DNA of 64,000 bases from Verrucomicrobia bacterium CG1_02_43_26 (GCA_001872735.1 MNWT01000007.1:635-64634); one strand, 5' to 3'. Positions 17,829-27,368 are shown, counted from the stretch's first letter. The notes: generated by a model not told the origin, from the sequence alone. A program made the numbers and translations.

Positions 17829-18521
17829 ATGTTTAGTGGTAGGATAAGTTTAGGGAATTCAAGTCATAGAATCGATTCAATGAAGGCGGCAAAGCAGCTT
17901 GTTGATGGTTATGTGCAGAAAACCATCAAGAAAAGTGACTTCATAAATGAAGTACATAAATTAATAAAGGATGATTTCCGTAATATAGGGAAAATTCAAG
18001 GTTCCTTAGCCGATCAGAAAAGTATTACTCGTCGTGAGATTGTACAATTATATACTGAAACTGGCGATACTGGGGAGAATATTCTTCATATCTTAGCCAA
18101 GAATGTAAGTGGAAATCAAAATACAGCTGATGCGCTTGCAATCGAAGTCAATCGCATGTTCTATTGTCTAATTAATCCAGATACTGGTATTGCGGATGAA
18201 AAGCTATTTTCGGAACTCATGCTTATTCGCAACAAAGACGGGAAGACTTTTGTAGATATTTGTTTACAAAACTTTACTTGGAGTGATGTGAAGCAAAGCT
18301 GGAAACAGTATCACTGGAATATGGCAAATATGGCATCTATGCTGGAAGAAGATCTTCTGAAAGATAACAAAAAATTAACGGAGCGAGAAGTTAAGATTGT
18401 GCAAGGGTTGATAGATGCTAACCCTACTCCTGGCCAGCCCAAAAAAGAGGGATGGGACTTTGCATGGGAAGCTATTGTTGATACGGTAAATGACTGGCAT
18501 GGTGGCTATAATGTTAAGTGA
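17829..18521 (+). CDS. Hypothetical protein, 230 aa, possibly with 1-2 ankyrin-like repeats
   Basis: AT-rich ORF. 'GENILHILAKNVSGN' and 'NKDGKTFVDICLQN' loosely resemble ankyrin cores. No signal peptide. Family not recognised. Confidence 0.6.
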   Translation: MFSGRISLGNSSHRIDSMKAAKQLVDGYVQKTIKKSDFINEVHKLIKDDFRNIGKIQGSLADQKSITRREIVQLYTETGDTGENILHILAKNVSGNQNTADALAIEVNRMFYCLINPDTGIADEKLFSELMLIRNKDGKTFVDICLQNFTWSDVKQSWKQYHWNMANMASMLEEDLLKDNKKLTEREVKIVQGLIDANPTPGQPKKEGWDFAWEAIVDTVNDWHGGYNVK

Positions 18522-18561
18522 GTTTGCTTGAATTGAGCGATAAACTAGACTTTTCAAAGGT

Positions 18562-18589
18562 TTGACAGCAGGGGCAATTGTGGTATAAT
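18562..18589 (+). promoter_or_regulatory. Near-consensus sigma70-type promoter with an extended -10
   Basis: TTGACA (18562-18567), a 16-nt spacer, then TATAAT (18584-18589) preceded by TGg. It sits 26 nt upstream of the ATG at 18615. Confidence 0.6.
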
Positions 18590-18597
18590 TGCCCCTG
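18569..18597 (+). terminator. 11-bp perfect GC-rich hairpin overlapping the promoter; candidate terminator of the upstream gene or an operator
   Basis: caggggcaatt-gtggtat-aattgcccctg, followed by tatatattt. Confidence 0.45.
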
Positions 18598-18614
18598 TAT
18601 ATATTTGTAATATA

Positions 18615-18764
18615 ATGAAAATCAAGACACTTATAAATTTAACTTTGATAGCAATCGTGGCGTTTAGTCTTGGTGGTTGCGGAAGTAAAGATCGTTCTAG
18701 CTCTAAGATGCCATGGTCCAGGCCCGCGAGCTGGGAAGGTGGCATGCCGGGACTAGGAATGTAA
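18615..18764 (+). CDS. Small putative lipoprotein (49 aa); not in the ORF track because it is under 60 aa
   Basis: MKIKTLINLTLIAIVAFSLGGCGSKDRSSSKMPWSRPASWEGGMPGLGM. It has a classic n-region, h-region and lipobox (L-G-G-C). The stop is 4 nt before the rsmI start, and the consensus promoter lies upstream. Confidence 0.5.
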   Translation: MKIKTLINLTLIAIVAFSLGGCGSKDRSSSKMPWSRPASWEGGMPGLGM

Positions 18765-18768
18765 GGCG

Positions 18769-19482
18769 ATGGCTGGTTCTTCTGAAGGTTCTGATAAGGG
18801 TGGTTGCTTGTATGTTGCGGCAACGCCAATCGGCAACCTTGGGGACATGTCTGATCGATTGAAGGCGGTTTTTCAGGAATGCGATCTGGTAGCGTGTGAG
18901 GATACCCGTGTTTCTAAGTTTTTGCTGGATCAGCTGAACATACAAAAGCCCATGATTTCGTATCGGGAAGAAAATGAGCATAAACAAACGCCCTTTCTTC
19001 TTGATAAAATAAAAGCAGGGGAGAAGATTGTATTAGTTTCTGATGCCGGTACACCAGCGCTGAGCGATCCTGGGTTTCGCGTGATTCGAGAATGTAGGCG
19101 AGAAGGGTTGACTGTTATACCGATTCCTGGGCCATCCGCCTTTTTATCCGCTTTATGTGCTTCCGGGTTACCCACGAACGCGTTTTTATTTGTTGGCTTT
19201 TTGCAGCCAAAGACGGCAGCCCGTAAACGCTTTTTTCAAGAATATAAAAATTTTCCCCATACGGTTATTTTATATGAATCGTCTCACCGGATAGATAAGT
19301 GTTTGGCAGATTTGCTGGAAGAGCTTGGGCCGGAGAGGACTATTTGTGTGGCAAGGGAGATTACAAAACGCCATGAGACCTTTTTGGTCGGTAAAGCCTC
19401 TGAAGTTGTAGAAGCATTTAACGCCCGGAGTAAAAAAGGAGAATTTGTGGTTCTCTTTGCGCCAGAAACATATACATTATAA
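18769..19482 (+). CDS. rsmI: 16S rRNA (cytidine1402-2'-O)-methyltransferase
   Basis: LYVAATPIGNLGDMS.., ..VSDAGTPALSDPG.. These are tetrapyrrole-methylase-fold RsmI motifs. Confidence 0.9.
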   Translation: MAGSSEGSDKGGCLYVAATPIGNLGDMSDRLKAVFQECDLVACEDTRVSKFLLDQLNIQKPMISYREENEHKQTPFLLDKIKAGEKIVLVSDAGTPALSDPGFRVIRECRREGLTVIPIPGPSAFLSALCASGLPTNAFLFVGFLQPKTAARKRFFQEYKNFPHTVILYESSHRIDKCLADLLEELGPERTICVAREITKRHETFLVGKASEVVEAFNARSKKGEFVVLFAPETYTL

Positions 19483-19486
19483 GTAT

Positions 19487-20368
19487 ATGAGAAATGTCGG
19501 CGTAATAGACATTGGTAGCAATACGATTAAATTGCTCGTTGCTAATGAAATGGGCAGCCTGTTTAAAGAAGTGTGCGATGTGCGGTTATTTCCCAAAGGG
19601 AGCATGCTCGAAGAAAAGCCAATGCAGGATGCTATTGAAAGTATAGCGGGGTTGATTCAAAGCGCTAAAAACTACGATTGTGATCCGATTAAGATCGTTG
19701 GCACAAGCGCGATACGAGAAGCCGAGAACCAAAACGAATTTTTACTGTTACTGAAAAACGCAACCGGATATGATCTACAAGTCCTTTCCGGAGAAGAAGA
19801 GGCTATGTATGTGGCTGAAGGGATTATTGCGGACCCGCATATAGCACACGGCGGAGATTTCTTCGCGGTCGATTTAGGGGGTGGAAGTTTAGAGTGTATT
19901 CATTATAAAGATACAAGAATTGCAAGAACCTGCAGTCTCCCCCTAGGAGCTGTTCGACTCATGAACCATTTTGTGGAAGACCCTAGCCAAGCGCTGCTCG
20001 TGGAGACGCAAGAGAAAATTAAATTAGCTATCTATGAGAAGCTAGATGATGAAGCGTTTCAGTTTTCCAGTGATACCATGTTTATAGGCTGCGGAGGTGC
20101 TTTTAGTGTTGCGCGTTTGATGATAGATGAGACGGAGTCCTATGTTTCCTTTGAAAAACTTAAAGCATTGCAGCGATCGTTATCCCGCATGAAGCTTAAA
20201 GAGCGCTACGAAGTACCGCATCTACCGCACCCGAGGGCAGACGTGATGCCTACTGCGTTGACAATTATGCTTTCTGTATGCTTGTATTATGGTAGAGCGG
20301 GGTATACGCACTCGTACCATAATTTGCGATATGGATTAGCGAGAACTATGTTGACGCAGAAGGTCTAG
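19487..20368 (+). CDS. Ppx/GppA-family phosphatase (N-terminal domains only)
   Basis: MRNVGVIDIGSNTIKLLV.. and ..AVDLGGGSLE.. ASKHA-fold motifs. The ATG at 19487 is preferred over the ORF-track start at 19445. Confidence 0.85.
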   Translation: MRNVGVIDIGSNTIKLLVANEMGSLFKEVCDVRLFPKGSMLEEKPMQDAIESIAGLIQSAKNYDCDPIKIVGTSAIREAENQNEFLLLLKNATGYDLQVLSGEEEAMYVAEGIIADPHIAHGGDFFAVDLGGGSLECIHYKDTRIARTCSLPLGAVRLMNHFVEDPSQALLVETQEKIKLAIYEKLDDEAFQFSSDTMFIGCGGAFSVARLMIDETESYVSFEKLKALQRSLSRMKLKERYEVPHLPHPRADVMPTALTIMLSVCLYYGRAGYTHSYHNLRYGLARTMLTQKV

Positions 20369-21286
20369 ATAGTCTTTAAAGTCCTGAGGCAAAGGAGCCT
20401 TTAGCTCAATTTTTTTCTGAGTTTCAGGATGGGTAAAAGAAATTTTTTCCGCGTGTAAAAGCACACGAGGAGCTTCCGGTAATTTGAGTCTATTGGCATT
20501 ATAGCCGTATTGGCGGTCTCCCATAATAGGAAAGCCAAGGTGGCTTAAGTGAACACGAATCTGGTGTGTTCTACCCGTGTGTAGCCAGCAGCGAACCAGT
20601 GCGGCTATTTTCCCAATACGTTCTTCGATGGCCCAATCTGTATGAGCTTCCTTGCCCTTACCCGTAGGCGGGACAGTCATTTTTACTCGGTGAATAGGGT
20701 GGCGATCGATCGCTACCTTAATGCTGCCACCTTCTAGCCCAGGGCAACCCAGGACGAGAGCCAAGTATTCCTTTTTTACTTCACGAGAGGAAAACTGTTT
20801 GATTAAATCCAGGTAAGCTTTGTCCTGTTTGGTAAACAAAATGATACCGGATGTTTCTTTGTCTAGACGATGTACAACGCCCGGCCTGAGTTCTCCAGAA
20901 GACATGCTTAAATTACCCTGGGTGTGGTGCAATAAAGCATGAACGAGAGTATCATCGCCTGTGGCATTTCCCGGGTGAATGACGATTCCGGGAGCTTTGT
21001 TAACCGCTATGATGAATTCGTCCTCAAAGATAATATCCAGAGGGATATCGGTAGGGGTAAGCGAAGTAACCTTAGCCTCCGGCTTTGTGAACGTAAGCTC
21101 ATCCCCTGAATTAACAGCCTGTTTACGCTCAATAGGCATCCCTTGAAGGAAAACCTCTTTATTATCGAAGACCCTTTGGATCTGAGTGCGGCTATATTCC
21201 GGGAAAAACTGAGCAAGAAGCTTATCTGCGCGAGCCTGTTTAATTTCCTCCGGAACGATAAATTGTACGAGATTACTTTCCTGCAT
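20336..21286 (-). CDS. rluD: RluA-family 23S rRNA pseudouridine synthase (RluD-like)
   Basis: S4 domain at the N-terminus and the catalytic HRLDKETSG motif. Its 3' end overlaps the convergent ppx-like gene by 33 nt. Confidence 0.9.
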   Translation of the reverse strand: MQESNLVQFIVPEEIKQARADKLLAQFFPEYSRTQIQRVFDNKEVFLQGMPIERKQAVNSGDELTFTKPEAKVTSLTPTDIPLDIIFEDEFIIAVNKAPGIVIHPGNATGDDTLVHALLHHTQGNLSMSSGELRPGVVHRLDKETSGIILFTKQDKAYLDLIKQFSSREVKKEYLALVLGCPGLEGGSIKVAIDRHPIHRVKMTVPPTGKGKEAHTDWAIEERIGKIAALVRCWLHTGRTHQIRVHLSHLGFPIMGDRQYGYNANRLKLPEAPRVLLHAEKISFTHPETQKKIELKAPLPQDFKDYLDLLRQHSSR

Positions 21287-22307
21287 TTTCTTTCATGGCG
21301 GAAGATTTTAATGAATCGATTTCTTTGATAATACTATTTCGTCGTTTATCATCTAAAAGAGCAACTTGAAAAGCGCGTTTAACAAGGTCGGCAATTTCGC
21401 CGCAGTTGAAGTCGAGTTCCTGGATAAGGCCAGCGTATTCATCCATAAGCGAATTACCGAAGCAGAAACTTCTATCTGTGCTGACAAGGCAAGTGACGCC
21501 CTGGTCGTACAACGGCCTGATAGGATGTTCTGCGAGTGTGCGAATGACATTTAACTTTACATTGGCGATAGGGGACATATCTAGCGCGATTTCATTATCG
21601 ATTAAAAAGCGAACGACCTCCGGATCTTCGATAGCGGTGATGCCATGTACGATGCGATTGATCGAAAACTCCTCAATGATCGGGATAATGCTTTCCGGGC
21701 CATCTACCTCACCAGCAATAGCTTTAAAGAATTTACCATGATCGTGACCCTTTTCGATGAACCGCTTTGCCCAGTCCTGCTCAATTCTTAAATCGTTACC
21801 ATTAAAAATATAACCATTGAGGTGGGGCCAAATAAGGCTGTCATCTAGATAATCCTCCATGTTTTCGATATCAACAGAACGCTCGAGATCGAGAAATATG
21901 CGAACCGCGACATTTACGGGAGTGGCGGCACGGATGGCGGAAGCAACCGCACGGCCATCTAAGCCAGCTTCTTTTAAGTTAGCGACATCGATTCCGACCT
22001 CGATATAGCGCACATTTTGCTGCTCCTTTTCCTTGAAAATCTCGTTTGCCGCTTCATGGTAACGTTCAGGACTTGTGAAATAAGCCTTATTAATTTCTGA
22101 AAGGGTTTGTTCGAATTCTGTGTAGCTGCTATAGCGGTAGCCCTGAGTCCAACTTGCGGGAGGGATAGCGTATTTCTTAGGCGCTGCCTTTTTGATCAAA
22201 CTCCAAGGGACGGAACCCTCGATGCTGATACGCGTTTCTGTTTTAGGCAGATTTTTAAGGAAGTCTGCAATGTTTGCGGGCATGTGGTATAAGTAAGGTG
22301 ATTCCAT
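21273..22307 (-). CDS. Adenosine-deaminase-family protein with most zinc-ligand positions substituted
   Basis: Collinear with Add: ..AGEVDGPESI...RIVHGITAIED...SPIAN...HP....STD.. However, HxH reads 'TRISIEG', HAGE reads 'IAGE', and TDDP reads 'TDRS'. Confidence 0.8.
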   Translation of the reverse strand: MESPYLYHMPANIADFLKNLPKTETRISIEGSVPWSLIKKAAPKKYAIPPASWTQGYRYSSYTEFEQTLSEINKAYFTSPERYHEAANEIFKEKEQQNVRYIEVGIDVANLKEAGLDGRAVASAIRAATPVNVAVRIFLDLERSVDIENMEDYLDDSLIWPHLNGYIFNGNDLRIEQDWAKRFIEKGHDHGKFFKAIAGEVDGPESIIPIIEEFSINRIVHGITAIEDPEVVRFLIDNEIALDMSPIANVKLNVIRTLAEHPIRPLYDQGVTCLVSTDRSFCFGNSLMDEYAGLIQELDFNCGEIADLVKRAFQVALLDDKRRNSIIKEIDSLKSSAMKENAGK

Positions 22308-22311
22308 AGTA

Positions 22312-23427
22312 TTACTTTTTAGAAAGGAGGTAATCTGGGTTTAACTTGTGTAATGATTTAGGAATAAATAGCCCATCCTTGCGAATGAGTTTTCCATCAA
22401 AATAGATTTCACCGCCACCGTATTCAGGTCTTTGGATGCACACGAGATCCCAGTGGACTTGAGAACGATTTCCGTTGTCGGCGATCTCGTAGGCCTGGCC
22501 AGGCGTGAAGTGGAAGGAGCCGGCGATTTTTTCATCGAATAAAATATCACGCATAGGCTCTTTAACATGGGGGTTAAAACCGATGGCGAATTCACCGATG
22601 TAACGCGCGCCCTTGTCTGAATCTAAAATTTCATTTAAGCGCTGGGTGTTACTGGAAGTAGCCTCTACAATTTTACCCTTTTTGAAAACGAAACGAACGT
22701 TATCAAAAGAAGAGCCCTGGTAGACTGTGGGTGCGTTATAGCTCAGTTCGCCCTCGATGCTGTCCTTGATAGGCGCGGTGAAGACCTCGCCATCGGGGAT
22801 GTTAAATTCGCCACCGCACTCGATCGCGGGGATTCCCTTAATAGAGAAACGCAAATCGGTGCCTGGGCCCTTGATGTGAACCTTATCCGTGGACATCATT
22901 AACTTTTTAAGCGCATTCATGCCAGGGATCATGCGAGCATAGTCCATTGTGCAGACACGGAAGAAAAAGTCTTCAAAGGCTTCAGTACTCATGAGAGATT
23001 GTTGTGCCATTGCGGGAGAAGGCCAGCGTAGGACGACCCATTTTGTTTTGCCGACTCTATAATCCATGACGGGCTTCATTCCCTTGTTAAGGATAGACAT
23101 TTTGTCTGCCGGGACATCGGAGAATTCAAAAATGTTATCTGAGCCACGCACAGCAATGTAGGCCTGCATTTTCTTCATGCGAAAAAGCTCGTAGTCTGCC
23201 AGCGTCTTTATTTGAGCGGCATTGGCATCTTTATACAGAGCACGACTTACCTTTGCGTGATCAATTTGGACAAACGGCTCAGCTCCCCTTGCGCGCACGG
23301 CATTAATGAGAGCGGCTACAAATTTGTCCGGCACATCAAATGCGTGAATGAGAACGTTTTCCCCCTTTTTAATTTTGGTAGAGAAACCGGTGAGCACTTT
23401 GGCGAGTTCCTGAAATCGAGGGTCCAT
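22312..23427 (-). CDS. M29-family aminopeptidase (AmpS/PepS type)
   Basis: [16 protein letters not shown].. is a typical M29 N-terminus. Also ..GEFAIGFNP.. and ..SQVHWDLV.. The start at 23427 is preferred, though the ORF extends to 23496. Confidence 0.88.
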   Translation of the reverse strand: MDPRFQELAKVLTGFSTKIKKGENVLIHAFDVPDKFVAALINAVRARGAEPFVQIDHAKVSRALYKDANAAQIKTLADYELFRMKKMQAYIAVRGSDNIFEFSDVPADKMSILNKGMKPVMDYRVGKTKWVVLRWPSPAMAQQSLMSTEAFEDFFFRVCTMDYARMIPGMNALKKLMMSTDKVHIKGPGTDLRFSIKGIPAIECGGEFNIPDGEVFTAPIKDSIEGELSYNAPTVYQGSSFDNVRFVFKKGKIVEATSSNTQRLNEILDSDKGARYIGEFAIGFNPHVKEPMRDILFDEKIAGSFHFTPGQAYEIADNGNRSQVHWDLVCIQRPEYGGGEIYFDGKLIRKDGLFIPKSLHKLNPDYLLSKK

Positions 23428-23566
23428 AAAAATAATGAGTTCTGTGAGACGATTGGTCTTACCCTTATTATAGGCAAATTGGCTTAAGAATGCCAATTAC
23501 AAATCAAGGTTGCTTGAATTTTATTGATCTGAATGCCACGAAAAACTAGCATAAAGAATAGATCTT

Positions 23567-24718
23567 ATGACAAATTCAAAACCCTTATATTGTATTGAAA
23601 CAAAGACTGAGAGCATGGATCACCTTACCGTTAAGGCGCGTGATGTGATAGAATCCTGCGATCTATTATACTACGAGGCTCCCGGGCACACGTGCTTGAA
23701 TATTTGGTGTCGTCCTGCTGCAGAGCAAGTACAGGTTTACCCGAATTTAGATATTCAGACGACGGTAGCCGAGGCGATTGCCAAAGATAAGGCAATTGTT
23801 TACGTGGCACAAGAAGGGAGTAAAGAAGTGCAAAATTTATATGAATACCTGGATAAAGAAGGGATTGATTATGAGATTGTGCCCAGCGCTGACATAAAAG
23901 CGGCTAAACATGCATCTTCTTCCTTGGCAGGGAAACGAATTGTTATCACCCGTTCTAAAAATCAGTCCGCGAGCACGCGAGCACAGTTAGAAGCCCTAGG
24001 TGCGGAAGTCCTTGAGTTACCATTAATTAATGTTACCGATTTTTGTGATCCGGATGTTATGGACGATGTTTTTACAGAATTGGGTGGGTATGAAATGATT
24101 GTATTTACCAGTACAAACGGCGTACGCTCCTTTTTTCACTTTTTCTTTAAACGCTTTAAAGACATACGCTGCTTAGGAGGCGTGCGTATTGCGTGTATAG
24201 GAGCCGCGACAGCTGCTGAAATAGAACGCTATAAATTAGAAGTTGATATATTGCCGGAGCAAGCGGTTGCGGAAGCGTTGGCAGATGAAATTCTCGGTTG
24301 GGAAACGTTGGATAATCTCAAAATACTGGTTGTTACCGGTAATATGAATCGAGACGTTTTGGTGAAAAAACTAGAAGAAGAAGGTCGGGCGATTGTGGAC
24401 ACCTTGCAGGTTTACCAGACCGAAAAAACGAATTTAGTAAACAACCCGATAGCCGAAGATTTTCGTAAAAAAGGCGCGGATGCCATATTGTTTGCCAGTT
24501 CTTCGGCTGCGAAGTCCTTTGCGGAGCAAGCAGGGTCATTACAACTTAGCCCAAAAGCAAAAAAGCCATTGGCTTGTAGTATTGGACCGATTACAACTGC
24601 CACGATGCGAGAGATTGGCATACCGGTGGATTTGGAATCGAAAAAGCAATCGATGTCCGGCTTGATTACTGAAGTTGCCAAGCGACTGCAGAAGGAAAAA
24701 ACAGCCACAAAAAGTTAA
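23567..24718 (+). CDS. hemD: Uroporphyrinogen-III synthase with a roughly 115-aa N-terminal extension
   Basis: HemD motifs: GKRIVITRSKNQ...LEALGAEVLELPLI, VFTSTNGVRSFF, ILFASSSAAKSF. The N-terminal extension is of unclear origin. Confidence 0.8.
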   Translation: MTNSKPLYCIETKTESMDHLTVKARDVIESCDLLYYEAPGHTCLNIWCRPAAEQVQVYPNLDIQTTVAEAIAKDKAIVYVAQEGSKEVQNLYEYLDKEGIDYEIVPSADIKAAKHASSSLAGKRIVITRSKNQSASTRAQLEALGAEVLELPLINVTDFCDPDVMDDVFTELGGYEMIVFTSTNGVRSFFHFFFKRFKDIRCLGGVRIACIGAATAAEIERYKLEVDILPEQAVAEALADEILGWETLDNLKILVVTGNMNRDVLVKKLEEEGRAIVDTLQVYQTEKTNLVNNPIAEDFRKKGADAILFASSSAAKSFAEQAGSLQLSPKAKKPLACSIGPITTATMREIGIPVDLESKKQSMSGLITEVAKRLQKEKTATKS

Positions 24719-24723
24719 TCGAA

Positions 24724-25710
24724 TTAGATTTTCAGATTTTTTACCAGCTCATCTAGACCCGCTTCGGTGGAGACGATGGGCTGGTAACCTAAATCGTACT
24801 TAGCGGCGGATATATCAAAGTAATGATCCTTGGAGAGTTCCGTGGCGATGAAACGCGTCATACGCGGTTCGCCTAAGGCAGGAACGATTTTGTGAACCCC
24901 TTCCAATAGGGCGCCTATAAAGAAGGCGGCATCAAAGGATATTTTTTTATGGAGTCTAGGAATATCAAAACGTTCTAATAAAGTATTAACCCAATCCCAG
25001 AGATTGACGGGCTCGCCCTGAGAGATGAAATAAGCCTTACCCGAGACCTGATTATCTATTAATGCATTCAGAGCTAAAAAGTGGGCATGCGCGGCGTTGG
25101 AGACATGTGTGATGTCCACTTTATTATCACCCATGCCAATTATCCTTAATTTGCCCCTTCGTGCTTGAGAAAGGATACGCGGGACGAGATGGTTGTCGCC
25201 TACGCCCCAGATTAAATGAGGCCTAAGCGCAATTGTTTTTAAACCGGCTTGATCATTACTATCGAGCACCATTTTCTCTGCAATTGCCTTGGTGTGGGCG
25301 TAATGGCACAGCCAATTTTGCCCATAAGGCAGAGACTCATCATCCCCACGAAATGCTTGTCTATTAAAGACGACGCTTGGGGTGCTCGTATAAACCAGAT
25401 AAGAAACCTGATTTGCCTTACAAGCCTCAATGACATTTTTTGTACCGACAACGTTAACCTCGTAATAATCCTTCCAGGAGCCCCAGATACCGGCTTTAGC
25501 GGCAACGTGAAAAATGGCCTCGGTGCCCTTGGACGCCTCTAAAACAATTGCTTTATTTGCGATATCGCCCTGAAAAAAGCGAGCGCCCCTCTTTTCTAAA
25601 TCCGGTTGAGGAGAGCGCCCGAGAATGTTTACCTCGTAGCCAAGATCCAGCAGCATATTTACGATGTATCTGCCAAGAAAGCCACCACCTCCTGTAATAA
25701 GCACCCTCAC
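24724..25710 (-). CDS. oleD: NAD(P)-dependent 3-beta-HSD/epimerase-family reductase, OleD-like
   Basis: VLITGGGGFLG Rossmann motif, YAHTKAIAE (YxxxK) and ..LRPHLIWGVGDNHLVPR.. The GTG start overlaps the upstream stop (GTGA). By eye it is collinear with my recollection of Xanthomonas OleD. Confidence 0.75.
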   Translation of the reverse strand: MRVLITGGGGFLGRYIVNMLLDLGYEVNILGRSPQPDLEKRGARFFQGDIANKAIVLEASKGTEAIFHVAAKAGIWGSWKDYYEVNVVGTKNVIEACKANQVSYLVYTSTPSVVFNRQAFRGDDESLPYGQNWLCHYAHTKAIAEKMVLDSNDQAGLKTIALRPHLIWGVGDNHLVPRILSQARRGKLRIIGMGDNKVDITHVSNAAHAHFLALNALIDNQVSGKAYFISQGEPVNLWDWVNTLLERFDIPRLHKKISFDAAFFIGALLEGVHKIVPALGEPRMTRFIATELSKDHYFDISAAKYDLGYQPIVSTEAGLDELVKNLKI

Positions 25711-27368
25711 ACGTTTATGGGTTTTAATTTTTTGTTAAAATGATGTGCGAGCGTTAGACGATGTATTTTAGCATTATGACGGACATCTACGGGAAAACTT
25801 TTGTAAAAGAAGAGTTGATCGATGTCCTGTGTGACCTCATTTTGCTTAGCTAAGTCTAACAAGGCCCTCTTAAATGCAGTTTCCTCTTCCCTGTTTTGAG
25901 GATAGAATTGAGGATGTGGCTCTATGACAATCGCAGGCGTTGCCTGTTCGCTTGGGCCTAAGCCAATTAAGGCGCTTCGGTAAACGTGTTCATGTTGGTT
26001 GAAAATGCTTTCACAACAGTCTGTGTAGTAGGTTTTATCCCCATTGACAACCCGTTCCACGCGACGACCGCAGAACCATAAATTATCATTTTTATCCAAG
26101 TAGCCGATATCGCCCATACGGTGCCAGAACGTTTGGCCATCCTTTATTTTAGCAAAGGCGGTTTCTTGGGCAAGATGGTAGTATTCTCGAGTAACCGTAG
26201 GCCCACGTACTATGATTTCCCCCACTTCACCCTTCGGGAGAATTAAATCATCCGAAAGCCCCTGTATTAAATCATCGGATACACGAATGATACGTATTTC
26301 CATTCCCGGTAGTGCTTTGCCCACGCAAGTGCCCTTACCCACGAGACCTTGCCGTTTAGCTAATTTTCTAGCGACAGCTTCGATCGAAGTGACCGGTAAA
26401 GCTTCAGTGGCGCCATATGGGCTGTAGACAACGCCGCCAGGTAGAAGGTCTTGGGTGCGTTCCATTAACGCATCTGAGACAGGTGCGCCTGCCATTAAAA
26501 TTCTGCGAATAGAAGGCAGTTTGATTTCATTCTTTGCGCAATACTCTGTAATCTTGTGCCAGATAGCCGGAGAGCCAAACGTATTAGTGATATTGTTATC
26601 GAGAATGCTCTGTACGATGAGTTCTGGTTTGACTTGAGCCGGTTTGCTGGGGTTCATTTTAGGAATAACAGTTGTCATTCCAAGAGCGGGATTGAATAAA
26701 GCAAAGATGGGCAACATGGGCATATCTACCTCACCTGGTTGTATGCCGTAGAAGTCGCGAATCATGCGGATTTGGGAATCAAACATGCCATGTTCGTAGC
26801 AGACGCCCTTGGGAGCTCCCGTTGAGCCAGACGTGTATAATATGGCAGCCAACTCATTTCGCTTGGTTTGAGCGAGCGGAAAGTCCCTAAATAAGCCCCG
26901 TTTTTTAATCTCACGCGAGAAACCGCCTGAGCGGACGACTACTCGTGTGTGTACATTTTTAAAATAAGGAAAAAAGATACGACTTAAACGATGGGCTAGC
27001 GGTACGCCAATTAAGGCATCTATATTTGTTTTTTGGATACAAGAAAGGAAATTCTTTACCCCCATTCCCGGATCCATGATTACGGGAACAGCCCCGATTT
27101 TAAATAAAGCGAAGGCGATGACGATTAGATTTATGCCCGGCCTAACCATTAATAAGACGCGGTTACCTCTTTTTATACCCTTTCGTTGGAGTATGTGCGC
27201 GACACCATTTGATTCTTCCTCCAGTTCCGCAAAAGTCTTCCTAATATAAACAGGACGGGTGAGAAATGAGAATGTGCCCTCGATGGGGGCCATCAAAGCG
27301 CAAGTATGCGGATTTTTATTTGCCTGCGCCCGCAAATAAAGCGCGATATTAATGACATCATCTTGCAT
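25707..27368 (-). CDS. oleC: AMP-dependent synthetase/ligase, OleC-like (beta-lactone synthetase family)
   Basis: ILYTSGSTGAPKGV AMP motif. OleC-like blocks: FALFKIGAVPVIMDPGM, IFALFNPALGMTTVIPKMNPSKPA, SPYGATEALPV, HRMGDIGYLDKNDNLWFCGRR, FPVDVRHNAKI. Confidence 0.78.
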   Translation of the reverse strand: MQDDVINIALYLRAQANKNPHTCALMAPIEGTFSFLTRPVYIRKTFAELEEESNGVAHILQRKGIKRGNRVLLMVRPGINLIVIAFALFKIGAVPVIMDPGMGVKNFLSCIQKTNIDALIGVPLAHRLSRIFFPYFKNVHTRVVVRSGGFSREIKKRGLFRDFPLAQTKRNELAAILYTSGSTGAPKGVCYEHGMFDSQIRMIRDFYGIQPGEVDMPMLPIFALFNPALGMTTVIPKMNPSKPAQVKPELIVQSILDNNITNTFGSPAIWHKITEYCAKNEIKLPSIRRILMAGAPVSDALMERTQDLLPGGVVYSPYGATEALPVTSIEAVARKLAKRQGLVGKGTCVGKALPGMEIRIIRVSDDLIQGLSDDLILPKGEVGEIIVRGPTVTREYYHLAQETAFAKIKDGQTFWHRMGDIGYLDKNDNLWFCGRRVERVVNGDKTYYTDCCESIFNQHEHVYRSALIGLGPSEQATPAIVIEPHPQFYPQNREEETAFKRALLDLAKQNEVTQDIDQLFFYKSFPVDVRHNAKIHRLTLAHHFNKKLKPINV

